64,000 nucleotides of DNA from a bacterium (lineage in GTDB: Bacteria > UBA10199 > 2-02-FULL-44-16 > JAAZCA01), in the NCBI GenBank assembly GCA_021810905.1, contig JAJZQH010000014.1, positions 12,369-76,368 of the forward strand, in the 5' to 3' direction. The position numbers and the translations under genes are program-made. Positions 1 to 7,822 of the stretch are shown piece after piece. The notes under the pieces were generated by a model. It ran no database searches and was not told where the DNA came from. It saw only the letters and a list, made by a program, of their open reading frames with translations. Positions within the stretch are counted from its first letter, which is position 1; the number at the start of each line of letters is the position of its first letter.

Positions 1-248
1 GCCGTGATGATGATGATCTTGATGTTCGGGCGGCTCGCGCGAACTCGCCGCAGGACCTCCATGCCGTCCATGCCGGGCATCTTCAAGTCCAGCAGGATGA
101 GCTCGAACTGTTTTTCTCCGAGTTTCGCGAGCGCCTCTTCGCCGTCGGCCGCTGTTGCTATCTCAAACTCGAGCGGTTCCAGCGCCTGCGCGAGCGTCAA
201 TCGGACGTTCTTCTCGTCATCCACGATCAATATCGGTCTGGCTTTCAT
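1..248 (-). CDS. response regulator receiver (REC) domain protein, N-terminal part; gene continues past window start
   Basis: Minus-strand translation from ATG at 246-248 reads MKARPILIVDDEKNVRLTLAQALE...LKMPGMDGMEVLRRVR, a canonical REC domain. GGAGG ribosome-binding site sits a few nt upstream. Paired with the adjacent sensor kinase. Confidence 0.8.
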   Translation of the reverse strand, partial: MKARPILIVDDEKNVRLTLAQALEPLEFEIATAADGEEALAKLGEKQFELILLDLKMPGMDGMEVLRRVRASRPNIKIIIIT

Positions 249-2091
249 CTTCATCCTCCCTGTTTTGCCGCGCCTTCGGCAGAGTCAACGTGAACGTGCT
301 GCCCTTGCCGGGCATAGAGTCTACCCAGATCGTTCCCTTGTGAGCGCGGACGATCTCCCTGCAGATCGCGAGTCCCAGCCCGGTCCCGCCCACGCTCTTC
401 TCGCTCTTGAGCTGCACGAATTTCTCGAAGATGCGGCTCTGATACTCGGGCGGAATTCCTTCGCCATCGTCGGTGACCGACAGGTGCACCCACTGGCCTG
501 CAAGGCGGGCAGACACGGTGATGCTGCTGTCGGCGTAGCGAATCGCGTTGGTGATGAGGTTGGTCAGCACCCATGTGATCTTGTTGACGTCGGCGCGCAC
601 GTCGGGAATGCCGTCTGGCACGTTTGTCACAAGAGCGATCTTTTTTTCTTCTGCCCGGGCTTTGCAGATGTCGACCGCCTTGTCGGCAAGCATATTCGGC
701 GACACCTGATCGAAATCCATCTCCACTTTGCCCGATTCGATTCTGGACAGATCCAGCAGGTCGCCCACCAGGCTTCTGAGCCGCAGCACTTCCTCGTGCG
801 CGACTGCAAGGAGTTCTTTCTGCTTATCGTCCAATTTTTCGGCAGCGCCTTCCCGGAGAAGGTCGATGCTCATGCCCAGGCTGTGGAGCGGCGTCTTGAG
901 TTCGTGAGAAGCCGTCATCACGAACTCGCTCTTCATCCGGTCGAGTTCCTTGAGCCTCGTGACGTCGCGGAGCAACAGGACCACGCCCATCATTTCTCCG
1001 CCTTTGGAGACTACCGGAGTGATGCCGAACAGATAATGGCGGGCCGACTCGCCTTCGCCTATGGAGAGGATGCTGCTTCCCTCGTCGATCTTCGGCGGAC
1101 GGCCGGATTCGGCGGTCTGCTTGATCAGCTCGAAAAGCCGCTCGTCCTTGACGACTTCCAGGAAGTGTTTCCCCAGGGCTGCCTCGGAATCCACGCCCAG
1201 AATATGCCCGGCCTGGGGGTTGATGTTCGCGACGCGAAATCCGGCGTCGACGACCACCACGCCGTCATCTATGCTGCGCAGCACGGCGTCGCTCTTGTGC
1301 TTCTCGGCCACGATCTGCTCGACGTCGAGGCGGTGGTAGATGCCGAGCTTGCGGGCCATCGTGTTGAAACTTTCGGCCAGGCGGCCGAGTTCATCCGATC
1401 CGACGTCAGGCACCTGCACTTCGTAGTCGCCCTCTGCCAGCGCCCTTGTGCTCTCCATCATCCGGCGGATCGGCCGCACGAGGCGTTTGCTGAGCAACAG
1501 GCTGAAGAGCAGCCCGAGCCCAATGGCAGCTGCGCTCACGGCCGCGGTCGACCAGATGGCGGTACGGGCGACCGTCCGCGCGCGGCTGCTGGCGGCGAAC
1601 ATAGTGTCCTGATTGATCTCGCGGAGTCGCACCGCATTGTCGCGGACGTTTTTGAAGGAGGGAAATATCGTATCGTGGTAGAAATTGCCGGCCTGCTGCG
1701 AAGAAGAAACTCCCATTTCATGGAGTCTGGAGAAATTGAGCAGATAGGCCGAATAGTTCGTTTCGATGGAGTGGACGATTTTTTCTTCGCCGGGGATCGT
1801 GATATTGTCTTTGGCCCGGTTGAGCCACTGGAGGAAGAGGCTCTCGTTCTCGTGAAACTGGACGGCGCCTTTTTCGTCGTAGCCCAGCAACACAAGCAGA
1901 GTGGCGCTGTCCTGACGCTCTATCGCGTCGATCATGGATTCGGCGGCCAGGATGCTCTTGTAATTTTCACGCAGGATGGCGTCGCTGGCCTGGCCCAGGT
2001 GGACGAGGTTCAGCATTGCCCACGAAAGCACGATCAGCATCAGCGCCAGGGCGATTCCGTAGCCGATCAGGATTTTTTTGCGAAGCAACAT
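217..2091 (-). CDS. sensor histidine kinase: periplasmic sensor, HAMP, PAS-like, HisKA and HATPase_c domains
   Basis: 624-aa ORF. Two hydrophobic segments near the N-terminus flank a periplasmic region. H-box reads MTASHELKTPLHSL. C-terminal ATPase motifs read GGTGLGLAICREIVRAHKGTIWVDS. The 3-prime end overlaps the REC gene start by about 32 nt. Confidence 0.85.
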   Translation of the reverse strand: MLLRKKILIGYGIALALMLIVLSWAMLNLVHLGQASDAILRENYKSILAAESMIDAIERQDSATLLVLLGYDEKGAVQFHENESLFLQWLNRAKDNITIPGEEKIVHSIETNYSAYLLNFSRLHEMGVSSSQQAGNFYHDTIFPSFKNVRDNAVRLREINQDTMFAASSRARTVARTAIWSTAAVSAAAIGLGLLFSLLLSKRLVRPIRRMMESTRALAEGDYEVQVPDVGSDELGRLAESFNTMARKLGIYHRLDVEQIVAEKHKSDAVLRSIDDGVVVVDAGFRVANINPQAGHILGVDSEAALGKHFLEVVKDERLFELIKQTAESGRPPKIDEGSSILSIGEGESARHYLFGITPVVSKGGEMMGVVLLLRDVTRLKELDRMKSEFVMTASHELKTPLHSLGMSIDLLREGAAEKLDDKQKELLAVAHEEVLRLRSLVGDLLDLSRIESGKVEMDFDQVSPNMLADKAVDICKARAEEKKIALVTNVPDGIPDVRADVNKITWVLTNLITNAIRYADSSITVSARLAGQWVHLSVTDDGEGIPPEYQSRIFEKFVQLKSEKSVGGTGLGLAICREIVRAHKGTIWVDSMPGKGSTFTLTLPKARQNREDEDESQTDIDRG

Positions 2092-2121
2092 TGAGCATCC
2101 CGAAAGTTATCGAGCAGAATC

Positions 2122-3531
2122 TCACACCTTCAGCACCTTCATCATATTGGTTGCGCCAGCGGCGGTTGCGGTGCCGCATACGATCACGATGTGGTCGCCG
2201 GGCCTTGCAAGTTTTTCTTTCTTCATGGCCGCAACTCCCGCCTCGATCATCGTCTCGATGGAGCGCCATGGGCGTATCTTGAGCGGCGTGACGCCCCAGT
2301 AGAACGCGGTGCGCCTCGCGGCGTCGTCGCTGGCCGTGATCGCCACGATATCGACAGACGGCCGCTGCGAGCTCACCATGCGCGCGGAACTGCCGGTCAT
2401 CGTGAAGACGAGGATCGCCTTTGCCCGCGCCTCCTCGGCTGCAAAGCACGCGGCGCGCGCGGTGGCCATGGCGACCGTGTCGTCGTTTTCATCTGGAAGA
2501 TAGGCGCGCCGGGGGATGTAGATGCTCGACTCCGAGGCCTCAGCGATGCGCGCCATGGTCGCTACCACGTTCGTCGGGTCGCAGCCGACCGAAGTCTCCT
2601 CGGAGAGCATCACGGCATCTGTGCCCTCGAAGACCGCGTTCGATACGTCAGTGACTTCGGCGCGCGTGGGCCTCGATTCCTGCACCATGCTCTCCAGCAT
2701 CTGCGTGGCCACGATCACCGGTTTGCGCCAGGCCGCGCACGTGTCGATGATCCTGCGCTGCAGGATCGGCACCTGTTCGATCGGCGTCTCCACCCCGAGG
2801 TCACCGCGCGCCACCATCACGCCGTCCGCCACGGCCACAATCTCGCTCAAGCGCGCGACTGCGACGCCGCGTTCGATCTTCGCCACAATTGGGACGGTTC
2901 GCCCGGCGCTCTTCATTATTGAACGCACGCGGAGGATATCGGAAGGCGATTGCACAAAGGAGACGCCGATGGAATCCACGCCGTGTTCGAGTGCAAAGCG
3001 CAGGTCGCTCTCGTCTTTTTTTGTGATCGCGCTCGTGGAGAGCGCCACGTCCGGCAGATTGATCCCCTTGTGATCGTGCAGCGCGCCGCCGTCGGTCACC
3101 CTGGCCGTGATTTTCCCGCGCGATACGGACTTCACTTGCACGGAGATCTTGCCGTCGTCGATGAGGATGCGTTGCCCCGCTTTCACGTCGTCCGCGAGTT
3201 TCGGGTACGTGACGGGTATTTCATCCCTTTGTGCAGAACCATCCGGCGCGAACGTGACGAGATCGCCACGCTTTAAGTCCATAGGGGCGCCGCCGGGCAT
3301 CGCGCCCGTGCGGATCTTGGGGCCGCCCAGATCGGCGTGAATAGCTATCGGCCTGCCGGCCTTCTTCTCAGCCTCTCGGATATTGGCGATCGTCGCAGTA
3401 TGCTCGTCATATGAACCGTGCGAGAAATTGAGCCGCGCCGCGTCCATCCCAACGCGCATCATCTTTTCGAGCGTCTTGACGCCTGCTGAAGCCGGCCCGA
3501 TAGTCGCGAGGATTTTCGTATGTTTTTTCAT
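2122..3531 (-). CDS. pyk: pyruvate kinase
   Basis: MKKHTKILATIGPASAGVKTLEKMMRVGMDAARLNFSHGSYDEH... carries the pyruvate kinase barrel signature. Start set at MKKHTKIL rather than the upstream in-frame MIVD. Confidence 0.9.
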   Translation of the reverse strand: MKKHTKILATIGPASAGVKTLEKMMRVGMDAARLNFSHGSYDEHTATIANIREAEKKAGRPIAIHADLGGPKIRTGAMPGGAPMDLKRGDLVTFAPDGSAQRDEIPVTYPKLADDVKAGQRILIDDGKISVQVKSVSRGKITARVTDGGALHDHKGINLPDVALSTSAITKKDESDLRFALEHGVDSIGVSFVQSPSDILRVRSIMKSAGRTVPIVAKIERGVAVARLSEIVAVADGVMVARGDLGVETPIEQVPILQRRIIDTCAAWRKPVIVATQMLESMVQESRPTRAEVTDVSNAVFEGTDAVMLSEETSVGCDPTNVVATMARIAEASESSIYIPRRAYLPDENDDTVAMATARAACFAAEEARAKAILVFTMTGSSARMVSSQRPSVDIVAITASDDAARRTAFYWGVTPLKIRPWRSIETMIEAGVAAMKKEKLARPGDHIVIVCGTATAAGATNMMKVLKV

Positions 3532-3649
3532 GTGGGGAAAATATCGCATATCTACGATCATTGCATCGAAAAATTAGGAAGTCGCATAGGATAATTTGAT
3601 GCCATCAGTTCGCCGATCGTGTATATACGAGGCAACAAAGGGGGCCATT

Positions 3650-3874
3650 ATGATGAAAAACGTCGGCAATACGGATAAGTTGTTGCGCGTGATTCTCGGA
3701 CTTGCGATCTTCTATCTGGGCTACACATACAAGAGCTGGTGGGGTCTCGTGGGCTTCGCTCCGATCCTCACCGCTGTTTTCAGTTTCTGCCCAGCCTATG
3801 CGCTCTTCAAGATAAACACCTGCTGCAAGAAGGGCGAAGGCCAAGGAAAGGGCGGATGCTGCTGCGGAGGCTGA
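3650..3874 (+). CDS. DUF2892 (YgaP-like) small inner-membrane protein with Cys/Gly-rich C-terminal tail
   Basis: MMKNVGNTDKLLRVILGLAIFYLGYTY..WWGLVGFAPILTAVFSFCPAYALFKINTC matches the DUF2892 pattern. AAAGGGGG ribosome-binding site precedes ATG 3650. The tail reads CCKKGEGQGKGGCCCGG. Confidence 0.7.
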   Translation: MMKNVGNTDKLLRVILGLAIFYLGYTYKSWWGLVGFAPILTAVFSFCPAYALFKINTCCKKGEGQGKGGCCCGG

Positions 3875-3875
3875 T

Positions 3876-4772
3876 GTGGGTTTCAAGGCAGGGTACGTCG
3901 CGATAATCGGCAGGCCGAACGTGGGCAAGTCCACGCTGCTCAACGCCATCCTCGGCGAGCGGCTAGCCATAGTTACGCCCAAGCCGCAGACTACGCGTCA
4001 CCGCATCGTGGGGATTCTCAACGAGCCGGACGTGCAGGTCGTCTTTCTGGACACGCCCGGCTATCATCGTTCCGACAAACCGCTCAATCAGGCGATGAAC
4101 GAGATCGTAGATATGGTCATCCACGACGCGGACGTGGTCTGCCTCATGCTCGACGCATCGTCCAGCGACCTGCGCATCGAGCGCGGGCTCTTCGATCGCA
4201 TAGGCAGGGATCGCTGCATCCTCGTCGCCAACAAATCCGACCTCGTCGATCGCAAGAAGTTCGACGAGATCGCGCACCGCTTCCGCGACGATTGGAACGC
4301 GAACGAGATGGTCTTTCTCTCGGCGCTAAGGAACGAGGGCGTTCGCACGCTCATCGACGCGATCACCGCGCGCATGCCCGAGGGCGAGGCTTTTTTCCCT
4401 GACGACATCTACACGAGCCATCCCGTGCGCTTCATAGCGGCCGAACTCATCCGCGAGCAGCTCTTTTTGCAGATGCACCAGGAGATTCCTTATTCCACTG
4501 CGGTGGAGATAGAGGAATTCAAGGACGCCACCGAGAACGATCCGATAACGCGCATCAAAGCGTCGATCGTCGTTGAGAAGGAGTCGCAGAAGGCGATGGT
4601 GATAGGAAAGGGCGGCACGCGCATCCGCGAGATCGGCACCCGCGCGCGCAAGGCGATCGAGGAGCTGGTGGGCGGCAAGGTCTTCCTCGACCTCAACGTG
4701 AGGGTGGAGAAGGACTGGACCAAAGACCCCGACGCCATCCGCCGCCTGGGTTACTCATCACAGATGGAGTGA
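3876..4772 (+). CDS. era: GTPase Era
   Basis: G1 motif IIGRPNVGKSTLLN, G3 motif DTPG, G4 motif NKSD, and a C-terminal KH domain. Start codon abuts the previous stop. Confidence 0.92.
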   Translation: MGFKAGYVAIIGRPNVGKSTLLNAILGERLAIVTPKPQTTRHRIVGILNEPDVQVVFLDTPGYHRSDKPLNQAMNEIVDMVIHDADVVCLMLDASSSDLRIERGLFDRIGRDRCILVANKSDLVDRKKFDEIAHRFRDDWNANEMVFLSALRNEGVRTLIDAITARMPEGEAFFPDDIYTSHPVRFIAAELIREQLFLQMHQEIPYSTAVEIEEFKDATENDPITRIKASIVVEKESQKAMVIGKGGTRIREIGTRARKAIEELVGGKVFLDLNVRVEKDWTKDPDAIRRLGYSSQME

Positions 4773-4800
4773 CCCCGTATGATCGATGTCGCAGAGCGCC

Positions 4801-5883
4801 TCAAGGTTTTTCCCGCGGCTCCAAAATCGTAACGCCCGCGCGGATATTTTCCTGCGATTTGAGGTAGGGGAGCAGGGGTTCTTCGATCACCGCGTTTGCG
4901 CGCGATGAGGCGTGCCGAAGCATCGGCTCGCCGCGCGAGCCGTCCTTTTGTACTGGTACGAGCAGCAGGCCCATGTGCGCCACCATCACGCCGAACTTCT
5001 TTGCAGCCTCTTCTTTCCGGAGAAAGACCGCAATCGAGACCTCCGGCAACATGTCGATGAGCGAGGAGTTGAGTTCGTCGGCTTCGGGACAGTCCCCGAA
5101 GAAGGCGGACAGCGGGAGGAAATCGAGCACGACCTGCTGCGGGCCGCCAAGCCCCAGTTCCGCGAGTTCCATTCGCGCCGTGCTCTTTTCGCACTGAGAG
5201 AGATTTTCTTTATTGTCGATCCAACCGGCCCTGTCTATCGGCATGTCCATGGTGCCTGCCAGCTCGCCCCCGATTCCAACCGTGATATCGCGCAGAAAAC
5301 CGTTCCCCGAGTTTTCATCTATCCAGTCGGCCTCCACAAAGTGGTTGCGAAGCCCGTAGGTGCCGACTCCGCCGTGGTAGCGGATGCTCTGGAGCGTGCC
5401 CAGGAACGTGTCGAATGAGGTGGCATGCGACATGGCGAGCACCTCCTCCACGTACGTCATGCAGTCGAGCGCGTCGAAGCGGAACATGGGGTCCTGGTCC
5501 ACAAGCCCCGCGTTTCCTTCTCCCAGCGGATCGAGCTTATAAGGTGTGCCGAGGAAGCGGCGGCTGACGCATTCGAGCCTTTGCGCGAGCGGCATACTGC
5601 GCAACTGCGAGAGGATCGCCTGAAAAGTATTGTCCTCAGGGACAAAGGCGTTCTGGCCGGGCATCGGTGCGCACGGGTCGGGCGGCAGGGCCGCAAAGGA
5701 AGTCGCATTTTGAGGAGGCAGCGGTTGCTCGCATACTGGAAGGGGCTCAATCGGCACATATATAATAGATGAAGGATCGGCCACACAGACCGGCTCTTCC
5801 TCGGGTGTCATGCAAGCAGCGGGGGACGGCGAAGAGACGCAATAATTCCTGACTTCAGCGCTTAATTGTTCGCGGTGCGACAT
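4801..5883 (-). CDS. hypothetical protein with Pro/Cys-rich N-terminus
   Basis: 360-aa ORF with coding-like composition. Contains RFLGTPYKLDPLGEG, reminiscent of DUF1460 amidase-like proteins. Function not established. Confidence 0.55.
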   Translation of the reverse strand: MSHREQLSAEVRNYCVSSPSPAACMTPEEEPVCVADPSSIIYVPIEPLPVCEQPLPPQNATSFAALPPDPCAPMPGQNAFVPEDNTFQAILSQLRSMPLAQRLECVSRRFLGTPYKLDPLGEGNAGLVDQDPMFRFDALDCMTYVEEVLAMSHATSFDTFLGTLQSIRYHGGVGTYGLRNHFVEADWIDENSGNGFLRDITVGIGGELAGTMDMPIDRAGWIDNKENLSQCEKSTARMELAELGLGGPQQVVLDFLPLSAFFGDCPEADELNSSLIDMLPEVSIAVFLRKEEAAKKFGVMVAHMGLLLVPVQKDGSRGEPMLRHASSRANAVIEEPLLPYLKSQENIRAGVTILEPREKP

Positions 5884-6038
5884 GAAATGACCTCTATTAG
5901 TTATCGGCAGTCAGCGGAAAAAGTTGCAATGAAAATTTTTTATCATGAAAACCGTTGAATTATCAGGCAGATGATCCTGTCGCATTCGTGAGATCGTCGA
6001 TTGCAGAATCCATTGGCAGATGCTATCTGCGGTGCCCT

Positions 6039-7205
6039 ATGAAGAATACGCGAAATCGATTTGTCTTCAGCGCGGCATGGACCGTCGCTGGGATCATGGT
6101 TCTGGCCCTGTCTTTTACCGCCGCTTCCGCCTCTGCGCGTGACAAAGGTGGTTCCGGCGACGTGATAAATTATTCTTGGGCTTCCAGCAGGATCGAAGGC
6201 GAGCTCTGGGGGCTGGCACAGGGAAACCTGGATAACGACGGCTCCGCTGATACTGTGCTGCTCGAGCGCAAGCGCGTTCGCATCGGGAAAATCGGGGAGA
6301 AGGGCTTTGAGGAGCGATTCTCGTGCGGATGGAAAGAGGACGCGGCCGCGGCGCGCGCGTATCTGATCGATGTCGATGGTGATGGAAAAGACGAGATCGC
6401 AATATCCGCGGTAGAGGAGGGGATGCCCTCGTCGCTCGTGCTTGCGGTCGACGCGGACGCAAAGAAATGCAGCGAGCTCGTCTCGCGCGCGAGATGGTCG
6501 ATTCGCGCTGTGGCGCTGCCTGCTGAAGGCGCGGACACGGGGCCTGCCAGGCGCGTACTCGCCGGCCAGGCGTGGAGTTCGCAGAAATATTTCAGCGGCC
6601 CTATCGTGGAACTCGCGCTTAAGAAGGACAAGCTGGTCAGGCAGCGTGATATCGAGCTGCCGCACTTTACCGATCTTTATCAGTTCACGATCCTGCCGCC
6701 GGAGAACGGCGCTGAGCGGGTGCTCAGGCTCGCCGGCTATTCGGCAATGGAGCTTAGGGAGCACAAGGGCGGCGGCAAGTGGCGCAAGATCTGGCGCTCC
6801 GGCGACAAGCTCGGCGGGGCCGCGAATCTCCTTCCAGCCGTGCAGCGGCCCGCGCTCGATGAGGTGTCGAGCGACTACGCATATTTTGACCTGCCGCCGC
6901 TGACCCTCAAACAGGCCGATGGAGTGCACGCTCTGGCGGTCAAATACGACCTGCCGCTGCGCAACGTGATCGGAAGGACGCCGTACGCCAGGGGTGCAGA
7001 GACGGTGATGTTCAAACCAGATCCAGCGCTCACGTACATAGAAGAGAAGCGGACCCAGGACCTGCCAGGCCCGATCATGGATTACTTCATCGCAGCGCCG
7101 GCCGACTCCGCAGGCAAGGTCAGGCTTTATGTACTGGTACAGCAGGACGCAGGAGCCTTCATCAACTCCACCGAGGCATCGATACTCGCGTTCGATCTGA
7201 ACTAG
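6039..7205 (+). CDS. secreted hypothetical protein with FG-GAP/VCBS-like Asp-rich repeats
   Basis: Start set at MKNTRNRFVFSAAWTVAGIMVLALSFTAASASA, a signal peptide. Motifs DNDGSADTV and DVDGDGKDEIA. Stop TAG at 7203-7205. Confidence 0.65.
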   Translation: MKNTRNRFVFSAAWTVAGIMVLALSFTAASASARDKGGSGDVINYSWASSRIEGELWGLAQGNLDNDGSADTVLLERKRVRIGKIGEKGFEERFSCGWKEDAAAARAYLIDVDGDGKDEIAISAVEEGMPSSLVLAVDADAKKCSELVSRARWSIRAVALPAEGADTGPARRVLAGQAWSSQKYFSGPIVELALKKDKLVRQRDIELPHFTDLYQFTILPPENGAERVLRLAGYSAMELREHKGGGKWRKIWRSGDKLGGAANLLPAVQRPALDEVSSDYAYFDLPPLTLKQADGVHALAVKYDLPLRNVIGRTPYARGAETVMFKPDPALTYIEEKRTQDLPGPIMDYFIAAPADSAGKVRLYVLVQQDAGAFINSTEASILAFDLN

Positions 7206-7434
7206 GCACAACACATGAGGATCATGGTTTCGGGTCCTGTCGCCGGCCACCCCCATTTGTGACCTTCCGATAGGATTGTTGTACAATGCTGAAATGCCGC
7301 AGCGTGGGTTCCGCGCTGCGGCCGGCATCGCCGCATCTATCACAACTTTATGCGGGCATCGAAGGCGGCTGCTGGCGTCAAATGGGGGTCCCCCGTCCAG
7401 CGCCACCCAAAACCATGATCCTCATGTGTTGTGA
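7206..7434. repeat. 229-nt long-hairpin element with 24-25 nt terminal inverted repeats (MITE-like or structured RNA)
   Basis: GCACAACACATGAGGATCATGGTTT at 7206-7230 is the reverse complement of 7410-7434 (24 of 25 match). Interior is further self-complementary (CCACCCCCATTTG with CAAATGGGGG). Starts on the first base after the stop of the upstream gene. Confidence 0.6.
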
Positions 7435-7505
7435 CAGTTGCACTGATGAATTCCCTAGGTTGCCGAAACGTTATGAACGGAGTCAACCTTACGTTTGGCA
7501 CTTGA

Positions 7506-7774
7506 GCGGTGCAGCTATTCGGCCTGGAGTTTATTGGCGGGCATCGCGTAGAGAGCCGTCTTTGTCGGCGAGCGGTTGCCGGTCGTGCCAGAGTAGAAGC
7601 CCGGGTTGCACGACGCCGAGGCTGTTCGAGCCTGCGAAAGCGGTTTTTTTTAGAGGTAAAGACTTCTTTTGCTTTCGCAGGCGAGTTCCGAGGCGAGGCA
7701 ACCCGAGTCCGTTACAAAGACGTGCGAACGGAGCGCCGCCCGACGATAAACTCCAGGCCGAATAGCTGCACCGC
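7506..7774. repeat. 269-nt element closed by 24-nt perfect inverted repeats, with internal 12-bp hairpin
   Basis: GCGGTGCAGCTATTCGGCCTGGAG at 7506-7529 is the reverse complement of 7751-7774. Internal hairpin GCCTGCGAAAGC with a 29-nt U-rich loop and GCTTTCGCAGGC at 7630-7682. Lies in the convergent gap about 50 nt from the gltB stop. Confidence 0.6.
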
Positions 7775-7822
7775 CTTGGTGCCAATCTGCGTGTTGACTT
7801 CGTTCATAACGTCTCGCCGCGC

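Noticed and set aside
5943-7406. 487-aa ORF on the minus strand
   Set aside because: Entirely antisense to the better-supported secreted protein gene 6039-7205 and running across the hairpin element. Arg/Pro/Gly-rich composition typical of spurious high-GC antisense frames.
7206-7822. RNase P RNA, tmRNA, long SRP RNA, or a retron msr-msd in the gltB-downstream gap
   Set aside because: Looked for GGAAAGUCCGGGC and ACAGAACCCGGCUUA (RNase P), the tRNA-like CCA-terminal tmRNA end and tag ORF, and the SRP domain IV motif; none were present. Element lengths (229 and 269 nt) are too short for RNase P. No reverse transcriptase gene is adjacent, so a retron is unlikely. Left as unclassified hairpin elements.
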